A stretch of DNA of 39,815 bases. It comes from Macrostomum lignano (lineage: Eukaryota). The stretch lies in NCBI GenBank assembly GCA_002269645.1, contig NIVC01002174.1:1-39815 (forward strand), read 5' to 3'. Within the stretch, counting starts at the first letter, position 1. Every line of letters begins with the position of its first letter. A program made the translations under genes and the position numbers. The notes below the pieces were generated by a model. The model was not told the origin of the DNA and made no database searches. It saw only the letters and a program-made list of their open reading frames with translations. Of this stretch, positions 11,820 to 23,200 are shown one piece after another.

Positions 11820-12655
11820 CTATGGGGTAGCTACATGTACTATTACATTGCTAAATACGAAGATATGTACTTTTAGCCTTCAACGCGCCAACTAGCCTCT
11901 CATAGCGCTGATGATAGGCTAACTCGAACTTCAGAGACCGCATGATTCATTTACCCGAGCCGCTTGGCTACCCTTGAGTGCACAAAGTACATCTCTGGCG
12001 CCGATTCTGCACTTCTGGCAGTTTTGCTCACTGATTTGTTAGATTGGTCGACTGAGAACTGCCTTGCCATTGGTCCACTGTGACCGGCGCCTACTAGCTT
12101 AGCTACTCATCTGAGCCATCGGCGAACAAAGAAATAAAGCCGACAAAGATAACTGTTAGATTTAACCTTCTCCTTAGTTCACTTCACACTTTAGATTGAA
12201 TTGGAGTCTTAGACTACTAGCAGTATTATTGAATGATTCCTGCCTCAGCAACAGCACTACTGAACAAAATGAGCCAAAGTGTGCGCCTAATTCAGCTACT
12301 GCAACAGGGGACAGAAAAGGGATCACCCAATCAAGCAAGTCTAGGTAGCCTTTCACCCAACCAAACAGAAACTCAACAGCCGGAGACCAGGTATTCCACA
12401 GTGACCGAATCGGCTCGATGCTCTGCAGCTGTAGACTCGGGATGATGCTGTCACAATCTTCGCTGTTAGCTAGCAGGTGATGCTCTTAACTGGATGTTCG
12501 CTGCTGTCGACCGGGGGACTCGTCCTTGATGATGATGGGGGAAGTTGCAATCCGGGGATCAAGAAACGACGGTCGTGCTCCGGGAACCAGAAGTTGCGCG
12601 CTGGGCCCGAGCCAAAGTAAGAAGAAGTTGCGTCCGAGCGGGCCAAAAACTCCGG

Positions 12656-12788
12656 TTTAAATAGCCGCCAACTGGACCGCAGTTTGTTATAACGGAACAC
12701 GTCGATTCTGATTGGCTGAGCCGTTTTGTTAAAATGAGCGCCGAATTTTCTGATTGGCTAAGCTCGTTGCTACCCAGAATCACGTGAC
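12656..12788 (-). promoter_or_regulatory. Putative Pol II promoter: E-box, two CCAAT boxes, TATA-like box
   Basis: On the minus strand in order: GTCACGTGA (12788-12780), AGCCAATCAGAA twice (12759-12748 and 12717-12706, 42 bp apart), then TATTTAAA (12663-12656). Points toward the candidate minus-strand exons. Confidence 0.5.
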
Positions 12789-15700
12789 CGAGAGATCCTA
12801 TCAGTTCCCACAGGGTCGTAAAAAGATGACAGGTGCGGCCATAAATCACTCAAAATCGCAACAAAATGATTTATGACTTTTCGCGTAGGATTGACAGAAA
12901 TTAATGAAAAAATATACATTAGAAAGCTCTTATTAAATAGAAAGTGAAGATAATGAAGAGAAATCGCTAATCGCTAATCCCAAGGTACTTTTAGGGGTAA
13001 AACGCATAGCTGTCAAAGCTGTCACACGCTTGAGTGAATCCGAACAATAGGCTCTGACCTCATAAATCTTGATGGCCTGTCAAAATGATGAGAAAAAAGC
13101 TACCGCCCGCATCCTCTCAGACCATCTGGCGCCCGCTTCAACACTGAGTGAGGCGCAGGTGGCTGTCAGATCAGCTTCGAAAGCGATGATTTATGACCCA
13201 AAAAGCTGCGCCTATGTTATTATGACTACTAGTATGGCCAGACATTATATCTAGTATAGATTCCATGAAAATTCGCAGAAAAAGGATAAAAATGCCCACT
13301 GCCCACTGTTAGTAGGCAAGTAAGTTTAGAGCCCATGTGCTAGCGCGGGATTTGGGAAAAAGTGCGTCCTCATCAGAAGCTTCATTTCCATCGTACAGGG
13401 GTTGTGTCCAATTGCAGTGTTATTTCCCCTAAATTACATGTAACAGTATACATATACATGTACACGTACGTAACTGAAAGACGTGTGTACATGTACATGT
13501 TAATGAGACTGCAGTTCTGCAATAGTATAATATATTCATTGCAATTAGAAGTACAATCCTACTCCTGTAAACAACTAGTAGAGAATGTACATGTACAATG
13601 CTACATGTTCATTATTCGCAGGGAATTTTTGATGCTGGGGCACCGACAATCGAAGTAAGCGTACAATGTCTTACAATAGATTGTTCATGTACTCAGTTGC
13701 AATAACAAATAATTGCATTGAAGTGCAATGTACGGTCATCAGTCACGTATGGTCCAACTCAACTCGGTTGAAGAACAAAGGCGAGATTTGCGCTTCCTCA
13801 TAACTTTGTCATTTGCCACTACGTCATTTCCACCAAAGTCCAAAGGTCTCTACGGAAATCGAGTTTATTCTGATAATTGTATAAATTTATATTTTAAATG
13901 TTAATACAAATTGTATTGTCGACTTCTGGGACCTTAAAGACTTAATTACTCAGTGAGAAAATCGGTTAAAGCATTTCTTTTAGTCAAAAGAGAAAAGAGA
14001 ATAGAAAGCGCGCAATCAACTAGGCACTAGAGTCCTCAGTAGCTCTTGGAACTTTTCACTGAAGGTTTGATGACGAATTGTCCTCATTTTGAATACAATT
14101 TCGAAAAAGCCATTATGCTATTTTTTATAAAAGGCTACCATCCCTCTTCTTGTCTTGTCAGACGACCAATCTCTAACCAGCAACCTGGTGTGCTTGTATA
14201 TTTTGTTATGACACATAAACTTAATATTTTTTTCCTCTGGACGCGCTCAACTCAAATTGTGCAGTTTCTAACAACGGACCTTCCATAACTGAGGTGGGGC
14301 GGAGAAAAGAAAAGAAATGATTTGGGAATTTGAAAGTTGGGGTTTCCTCGAAACCGGTTAGCGTTGCGTTCGCACGAATGAAGCCGTAAAAATCGCGCAG
14401 ACGAATCACAACGAAATTCTTCTCCTGTTTTACTCCGACAGCCGGGTTCTCAAGTCCGGGGGGAGGGTAGTCGTAATCGTAGCGGAGCGGTCGTAGAGCG
14501 GCGCGGTCGTTCAAAGCGATGAAACACCGTAAATTCAGACACCGTAAATTTTGCGTCGATTTGCAGAGCTTGTTACTTGTCAGTAGGGTAGTTGCTGCCA
14601 CCACCGTAATTTACGTATTACGGAACGTTAATGGTCTCAGAGCTTTCTTTGAGATGAGAACTTTGGTTATTTTATGCCCCACTGGCAAATGACTTCAAGA
14701 AATACTATGGCTTTAGTCAACGGATAAATATGGAGTTATTAATTGTCTTTATTATTAAGTGAAGCAGGCTTATTAAGTAAAATTATTATTATTGTTAATC
14801 AAACTAACTTGTAATATTAAATTCCAGACGAGGATGAAATTCACGGGCGCCGGTGCGCAAGACTGTTAGAAGATAGAAGTAAAACTCAAGTTGGTAAATG
14901 TAATGACAAAACAAAGAGAGAGAGAGAGAGCGCGAAAGCAAAAACACATACTTGGGACGACTCGTCACAAGCAGAATAAATAGGAAATAAAATAGCATGA
15001 ACATTAATTGGGGGAAACACTGGACAGACTGCTGGATTAAAAATACATGGCATGGACACTTCGGGTGGACGGCTTTGTCGCAATGGGGAAAAAGAAGACT
15101 TAAACAAATTTCCAACGGGAGGGAACAAGCCCTGTCCAAAATATGGAAGTAATGTTCAGCAGCTGGATGTCCACTTGATGAAAATGAGGAACCAAAATCA
15201 CATAGTGGACACGAAAAAAAATAATGTTCCTTTTGCATGCGTTTTAAAAAGTTATTAAATAACTGTTAGTTACGTTTCACTGGTGGCACCCAACTGCCAC
15301 ATAACCTTGATTTTAAGTTCAGGCTTCTTCTGCCAGTCTGTCATTACTTACTAGTGTGCATTGTGCAACAATTCGATTGTGTAGTTCTGTAGTTCTATGT
15401 GGTTTGTCCAACACAGGCAACCAACAGTAAGGTCTCTAGTGAGATTTTGAAAGTTATATTTTTGCAGATTGTTATTGTTAAATGTTATGGTGACAGTATA
15501 TAAAAAGCAATATGATTATTTTTACAGTCAATGCATTAGACACTATGTGGGCCTAAGGTTTTAACTTAATGTTACCATATAAATTGCAAAACAGTTATTT
15601 TTACAGTCACTAGGCCTATACTAGGCCCTATATATAAAAAGCAAAATGGCTATTTTTAGTCATTAGTAAGAAATTTCATTTACATTCATTAATATCCAAT

Positions 15701-16653
15701 ATACTTATTGTTGGCAATTTTTTTACATTTGCTAAAAGTTTAGGGCCTATTCAATGTAGGCCTAACACTTTTCTATGCAACAGGGTTATCAATCCTAAAT
15801 GTAGTCATTATCCTTCCTGTTCAATAACTCTTTCAGTCTGTCAACATATATGCAAAAAGTGGATGCCTTGGCTATAGAACTCTGGGTGCATGTGCACTGG
15901 CCCTTAAAAAAGTTTGTTAGGTGGGTCTTCAGTAGGTCATTCTCATTATTGAACTCCTTGCTAGCCATAGAATAGTTGAAGGTGGCAAACAGGTGATAAT
16001 TGGTAGGATATAAGATCTAGTTTGTACAGTGGGTAGGGAAGAATTGCCTAGCCTACCTAGCTCAAGCAGCTTTTAATAGGTCAACTTGTGTGCCTTGTGT
16101 GCAGGTGGGTTATTATGCAACAAGATGACCTAGCAACATTCAAGAATCTAGGTGTATTTTAGCTAGTTTCTGTTGCAAGCATTTAAGCTATTGTTAGTAA
16201 AAAGTAACATTGATGCTCTTGTTCTTTGGTAGTAGCTTCCATATGATTATTCCTTTTGTTTACCAAAATATTGAAAGCATAACCTTCTTGGGGTGCAACT
16301 TAGCCTTGGCTTCTTGCTTTAGTTTTGCATTGGAATCAACCCATTGTCTATTCTTGCTTGTATTAAATATTGACATAGAAGCACAATTTTTGTCATTTAT
16401 TATCATATCATCTAGCCAATCTAGATGGTGGGATTAGAAGAAGATAGTAAAAGCAGCCTCAATGAGCCAGTCCATGTCAATAGAAATCAGCTAGTGGGGC
16501 ACCTAATATCCTAGCTTTGGCTTCTTATTCAAAAGGTGAAGGTAGTTGGCAACAATAAAGTGATGCATACCCAGTTGCGTGGCCAGCTCATATGTGATCT
16601 GCCAGGTTTTATAGGGCCTACTCAAGCAGTTGTTCCAATGCACCATTTTCAAG

Positions 16654-18062
16654 CCCTATTGGAATAAGTTTCAAAAACCTGCAGATGCGCGACACAGGTA
16701 CCAAAATTGTGCCCTCAAAAGTGCAACGCGACACCAAATTTTGTTGACTAGAGGTGGCGACACGCGACACAACACTGATCACCAATGTCTATTGACCAAA
16801 TGACCAAGGGGGGGAGGATGCCACAGCAACCACGTTGCAATTGACAATTCATGTTTTGCCATTCACTCCCGACACCTAGACCATGGGGCGAGGGACAAGA
16901 GTATTTCTTTCAATTTTGTAGAAAAAGAAATGAAATTTAAAAACAATAAACAGTAAAACAACAAAGGTACAACACTTAAAAAAACAGTGCACGCATTGTA
17001 ACTAACAAGTAGCATTTTTAAAAATTATATTTGAAGTATTAGTTACTTTACTGTCAAAATAAAAAAGAACAATTCAAGAACTAGTTATTATCAAACATGT
17101 TTGAAGCATTTAAATACAGAGAAACAACCATAAACATATTACAATAAAACACAGTTTGCAAGGATTTGGCCCCTATTGGAATAAGTTGAAAAAGCGTGGA
17201 CGACCGTCTGTCGCATTTTCGGATTCTCCTGGTGTCGCGTCGCGCGACAGTGGTGTCAAGTGGTGTGTCGCGTCGCGTGACACTGGAAACCTGGTGTTGT
17301 CATGCGTCGCGTCGCGGCCTGGACCTATAGCCAAAACCTTGCAAACTGTGTTTCATTGTAATATGTTCACGGTTGTTTCTCAGTATTTAAATGTTTCAAA
17401 CATGTTTGATAATAACAAGTTCTTGAATTGTTCTTATTTATTTTGACAGTAAAGTAACTAATACTTCAAATATAATTTTTAGAAATGTTACTTGTTAGTT
17501 ACAATGCGTGCGCTGTTTTTCTAAGTGTTGTACCTTTGTTATTTTACTGTTTATTGTTTTTAAATTTCTTTTCTTTTTCCACGAAATTGAAAGGAATACT
17601 CTCGTCCCTCGCCCCATGTTTTTGGTGTCGGGAGTGAACAGCAGAACGGGAATTGTCAATTGCAACGTGGTTGCTATGGCATCCTCCTCCCCCCGGTCAT
17701 TTGGTCAACAGACATCGGTGTTGCGTCGCGCGTCGCCGCCCCCCAGTCAACAAAATTTGGTGTCGCGTCGCGCTTTTGAGGGCACAATTTTGGCACCCGT
17801 GTCGCGTGTCTGCGGGTTTTTGAAACTTATTCCAATAGGGGATTTGGCTACAGATCCAGGCCGCAATGGGACACAAGACAACGCCAGTTGCTAAGTTGCC
17901 ATACTATCGCGTTGCTTGATGTGATGCATGACAACACCAGGTTTCCACAGTGTTGCGCAACGCAACACACCACTTGACACCACTGTCGCGCCATGCAACA
18001 CCAGGAGAATCCAAAAATGCGACAGATGGTCGTCTGTGTTTTGTCAACTTATTCCAATAGGG
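16654..18062. mobile_element. MITE, outer copy (~730 bp excluding insert), inserted into the mariner relic
   Basis: 17-bp TIRs CCCTATTGGAATAAGTT / AACTTATTCCAATAGGG. 8-bp TSD TTTTCAAG at 16646-16653 and 18063-18070. The mariner reading resumes across the TSD. Confidence 0.92.
17171..17840. mobile_element. MITE, inner copy of the same family, inverted orientation (670 bp)
   Basis: Same 17-bp TIRs. 8-bp TSD GATTTGGC at 17163-17170 and 17841-17848. Its body is the reverse complement of the outer copy. Confidence 0.92.
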
Positions 18063-19243
18063 TTTTCAAGCTATCAGCTAGCCACTACATGGCTTGTCTT
18101 CAAGGCCCTCATCTTCATCTTTGAATTGCTTGAACCAACTATTGGCAATCTGATGAGTAAGGGTTCCTGTACCAAATGCAACTTTGATGCCAATGGCCAA
18201 TTGTTTTGCATTTTTGCCAAAGTGAAAATTGTAAAGAAGCAGTAGGCACTATAGGTCTTTTGAGAGCAAAGTATCTTTCACAGCTTCCTAATGGGAAATA
18301 CCAATTGGGAATGATAGGATATTCTTGAAGGATAGACAGAATACTTGGTGGACAATGTCTAGAAGATAGGCAGAATGCCTATACTGGGTAACATGCCATG
18401 GGGATAAAAAAGTAGCATACCTCTATTGAAAAAATATGTCCTTTTAGGGATAAAGGCAGAATGCCTTTCAAAAAAACAAATAGTAAACAAATTTCTATTT
18501 TAAAAAGAACTATTAAGCACTTGGAAAGAGGCAAGCAAAGGCAAAAGGCTAGGAGCAAGTTGAAGTTTTTGCTTTTTTGTCAGTTTATATAATAAGAAAA
18601 TAAAAATAGTAGAATCATTAATAACAAATATAGTATTTATATGAGTCTTTTAAAGCAATATATACAAAACAGTTTTTCCAAGTTTTGACACTGAAAGTCA
18701 TCCACTTTGCTAGGTTGATATCATCTATCATCAATGATAAAGACAAAATAATTACCCAAATAAAAATTTAAAGTTTATAATACAAGAAAGCTTACTCTAT
18801 TAAGACAAAATGTTTGGATATGTGTACCTTTACCATTTGGATTGCAAATACAAATTGTGTGGCTTTTGTTGGCTTGCAGAGTGCATCTAGAAATAAGCAA
18901 AAGAGCAAAAACTGTACTGGGCCAATAAGAGAATTATGGAAGGAAAGTCAGAGAACATAACTCAAGAATAGGAATAGCTGTGCATTGAATTGATATGATT
19001 TATACACCCTACTAAAGGGTAAAGCACAGACCATATAAAATTTAAACCAGTAAAGTGGAGAAACTGTGGGCCATTTCCCCCATAAGAAACGTCTGTATGC
19101 AGGATTCAGACTGTGGCAGATTGCAGTCCGGTTCACTGAGAAAGGCACTGAAATCAATTTTGGCAGGTAAAAATCATGCAGATGCAGCAGTCAATGTCCT
19201 CCTCCTCTTCTGCGCAGGTTGCAGGTGGCTTGCAAAGGCAGCA

Positions 19244-19480
19244 AAAAATCGATACAATTGCTCCTGGGTACCACTGCCCTTTGCACATTTGCTGAGAGGC
19301 ATTAAATTGCTCAATGAAGCAAGATGGAGAGAAGTGCTCGGAGCAAATTCTTGATGATGCTGACGACTGAAAGCCTTCTTAAAGGATAGCTACGATCCAT
19401 ATTTACTTCAGCTCATCGTCCTTCGGAAATGAGTGAAAAAATACTCCAGTCGAGCAGCCAAAAGCACAGAAATTGCCACT
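19244..19480 (-). pseudogene. Decayed THAP (C2CH) zinc-finger domain, probably a transposon relic
   Basis: Translation SGNFCAFGCSTGVFFHSFPKDDELK*IWIVAIL*EGFQSSASSRICSEHFSPSCF...YPGAIVSIF shows the THAP pattern C-x3-C...FP...W...CSxHF...AVPTIF-like tail, with two in-frame stops. Confidence 0.7.
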
Positions 19481-20259
19481 TGCCACACTTTCTGGTGCTT
19501 TCCTCTTTTTTCGATACGCTTGGAGCTGGCTGCATAGATAAGAATGCTTGTTTGAGAGTTTAAGTTTAAAGTTTTAAGTTTTATCATAAAAAATATTGAA
19601 ACCATGTGCATGGTATTCAGGTACCATGGTACGAGTATTGCGACACCATTGAGGACTGAATATTTCAACGAAAAATTACTTCCAAGAAGTGTACACATTT
19701 TAAACTAATTTGAAATAGCATTACCACTTCTCACACTCTCTGGCTGGTGCAGCTATAATAATCAGCTAAGAGTACAATTTGCTGAGTTGCCGTAATGTCT
19801 AGTTGACAAAATGCCGGTTGACGAAATGTCCGTTCACCTGTTTGAGAGATTTTTGTGGGATATTTTGCAAGTGGATATTTATCCCCCTGAGGTTTTAAAA
19901 CTCTATAATGAGTAAATTGTAAGCACCGACCCGCTTGAAAATGAGACAGTCACTACCATTTTTTGTCCCACATATCGATCGAAGTGGGGCAGCAGGGGAA
20001 GGACCATTTTTGTGTTGCTGTTTTGTCCCACAACGCGGTCTTGGACCCCCCCCCCAAATATGAATTTCTATAGAAAAGCCTGCTTGCCAGATAGCCATTT
20101 GGTCAGCAAACGAAATGCCTTCCGCAAGGCCTGCATTTGTACTGAAATTAGTAGAGATCTTGAATGTTCAAAACAGCTGGCAAACAGGTATTGAAAAAAC
20201 TAAAACTACTGTGTGTGGTCCAAATTTGGTTGTTATATTAAAATGTACGAAAATCATTG

Positions 20260-23200
20260 ATGGATTGCCAATCAAACCCCGCAGCCAGCAGTTTGGAGGC
20301 CCCCCAAGCAGTTCTCCGCAGTCCCATGAGCAACCCGCACCGGCCCAGCTCTGGGGCCAGCGCCAACAGGCACAGCAATGCCCCCGGCGGCGCCTCCCGG
20401 AATGAGGCCTTCCTGATGGTGGGGCCGAACTTCAAGGTTGGCAAGAAGATCGGCTCTGGTAACTTTGGCGAACTCCGGCTGGGCAAGAACATCTACAACA
20501 ATGAGCACGTGGCCGTTAAACTGGAGCCGCTGAAGTCCAGGGCGCCGCAGCTGCATCTGGAGTTCCGCTTCTACAGCGAGCTGGGAACCAGCGAGGGAAT
20601 CCCGCAGATTTTCTATTTTGGCCCGACACACAAGTACAATGCGCTGGTCATGGAGCTGCTGGGGCCCTCGCTTGAGGATCTGTTTGACATCTGCGACAGG
20701 CACTTCAGTCTCAAGACTGTGCTCATGATTGCTGTACAACTGGTGAGTGCTTAAGACTGTGCTCATGGTTGCTGTACAACTGGTGAGTGCTCAAGACTGT
20801 GCTCATGATTGCTGTACAACTGGTGAGTGCTCAAGACTGTGCTCATGATTGCTGTACAACTGGTGAGTGCTCAAGACTGTGCTCATGATTGCTGTACAAC
20901 TGGTGAGTGCTCAAGACTGTGCTCATGATTGCTGTACAACTGGTGAGTGCTCAAGACTGTGCTCATGATTGCTGTACAACTAGTGAGTGCCCAAGACTGT
21001 ACTGATGAGTGCTCAAGACTGCTCAATGCTTGCCGACTCGCCCTCAGCTGCACCGCATTGAGTACGTGCACTCGCACCGTCTCATCTATCGCGACATCAA
21101 GCCGGAGAACTTCCTGATCGGGCGGCAGACCACCCGCAGACAGCACATCATCCACATTATCGATTTCGGTCTGGCCAAGGAGTACATTGACAAGGACACT
21201 GGCAAGCACATCCCGTACAGAGAGCACAAGAGCCTCACCGGCACTGCTCGGTACATGAGCATCAACACGCATTTAGGCAAGGGTGAGTAGTTGCAGCTGA
21301 CTCATAGAGTATCCTTTAAGATGTGGGTCAGCTGACCCATCGAGTATCCAATTCAGCTTGTGGGTCAGCTGACCCATCGAGTATCCAATTCAGCTTGTGG
21401 GTCAGCTGACCCATCGAGTATCCTTCAGTTTGCGGGTCAGCTGACCCATTGAGTATCCAATTCAGCTTGTGGGTCAGCTGACCCATCGAGTATCCAATTC
21501 AGCTTGTGGGTCAGCTGACCCATCGAGTATCCTTCAGTTTGCGGGTCAGCTGACCCATCGAGTATCCAATTCAGTTTGTGGGTCAGCTGACCCATCGAGT
21601 ATCCTTCAGTTTGTAGGTCAGCTGACTGATTTAGTATTATTCAGTGTACTGCAGGAGTTGATAACTTAAGAGTAAGTAATCTTCTCTCAACGGTAAAGCT
21701 GTTTCTAATTATCGAATGCTGATTAATACCCAGTCTGGCGTAATTCGGTGTCCCGCGGGAGCTCGCGAATTCAATTCTCCTTTAGTAATTCTCCATCGCC
21801 CCCCTCCTGCCCAGAGCAATCCAGACGCGACGACCTGGAGGCGCTGGGCCACATGTTCATGTACTTCCTGCGCGGCAGCCTGCCCTGGCAGGGCCTCAAG
21901 GCCGACAACCTGAAGGAGCGCTACCAGAAAATTGGCGACACGAAACGGGCAACGCCTATTGAAGTGCTGTGCGAGGGTTTCCCCGGTGAGTGCCGAGTGT
22001 GACTGGAATCTAGTAATTATTAGGAATCTCCCATATCGTAGTGGCATTTTCCCAAAAGCTTCCTGATCCCAAATATCCTATCTGTCACTTCCCGATCCCA
22101 AGTATCCTATCTGTCAACTCCCGATCCCAAATATCCTATCTGTCACTTCCCGATCCCAAATATCCCATTTGTCACTTCCCGATCCCAAATATCCTATCTG
22201 TCACTTCCCGATCCCAAATATCCCATCCGTCAACTCCCGATCCCAAATATCCTATCTGTCACTTCCCGATCCCAAATATCCTATCTGTCACTTCCCGATC
22301 CCAAATATCCTATCTGTCAACTCCCGATCCCAAATATCTTGTCTGTCAACTCCCGATCCCAAATATCCTATCTGTCACTTCCCGATCCCAAATATCCTAT
22401 CTGTCACTTCCCGATCCCAAATATCCTATCTGTCAACTCCCGATCCCAAATATCCTATCTGTCACTTCCCGATCCCAAATATCCCATCCGTCAACTCCCG
22501 ATCTCAAATATCCTATCTGTCACTTCCCGATCCCAAATATCCTATCTGTCACTTCCCGATCCCAAATATCCCATCTGTCAACTCCCGATCCCAAATTCCC
22601 CAAACGCCGCAGAGGAGCTGGCCAGCTACCTTCGGTACGTCCGCGGCCTGGACTTCTACCAGGACCCTGACTACGCCTTCCTGCGCTCGCTGTTCACTGA
22701 ACTGATGGCCAAGAACGGCTGGTCCTGCGACTGGGACTTCGACTGGCTGTCCCGGCAGGAGCAGACCGTAAGCCCATGAGTCGATGAGCTCTCATAGCTA
22801 CGACCTTTATATGTTTGAGACGGCTTGTGCCTTGCCGAGGGAGATAAGCGAGCATGCCTATAGGGAGAATGCTTTATGGGCGAGAGAGAGAGAGTCTAAA
22901 TTGGCGATGCGGAAAATCTGATGATTGATGCGCTTTACGGGACTTCTAAACTTCAGAAATCGTTTTCTTTAGAAATTGATTAGTGTTTATTTAAGCTACT
23001 TTTATAAGTAGAAATTTAGAAATTTTATCCTATTTATATTTATATTGTTCTGTTTTTCGGTCCCCGCAGGGCACCCCAGTCAGCGGCGGCGCGGATGCTG
23101 ATGCGAAAGCCCGGCACGGGCCGTCCACTCAGAAAGTAAGCTGCCCAGCAGAGTACTCATTATTCCAGCTTTCCGCCCCTGGCATTCCAGCTTTCCACCC

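Larger units (their letters stand above)
15797..18275 (-). pseudogene. Decayed Tc1/mariner (mariner-type) transposase, interrupted by the nested MITE at 16654-18062
   Basis: Manual minus-strand translation: LLLLYNFHFGKNAKQLAIGIKVAFG..WFKQFKDEDEGLEDKPCSG* / ELATQLG..KLGY*VPH*L / WLDDMIINDK / KAKLHPKKVMLSIFW*TKGIIIWKLLPKNKSINVTFY*Q*L / LLHNNPPAHKA / YPLYKLDL..PTNYHLF. These are degenerate forms of mariner WVPHEL, LHPKKVML, HDNA-PH and YSPDL..DYHLF motifs, with many stops and frameshifts. Confidence 0.88.

Noticed and set aside
14221-14604. 127-aa minus-strand ORF in a CpG-rich patch
   Set aside because: No recognisable motif or splice context; cannot be supported as coding.
15052-15258. Zinc-finger-like fragments on both strands (FSCPLCDF…H…H; PCPKYG…LDVHL)
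   Set aside because: Ligand spacing is wrong or a ligand is missing; could be chance or an unidentifiable relic.
15490-15665. Mariner terminal inverted repeat
   Set aside because: Three degenerate TATAAAAAGCAA…TATTTTTA copies are visible, but no convincing partner was found at the other end, so element boundaries are not called.
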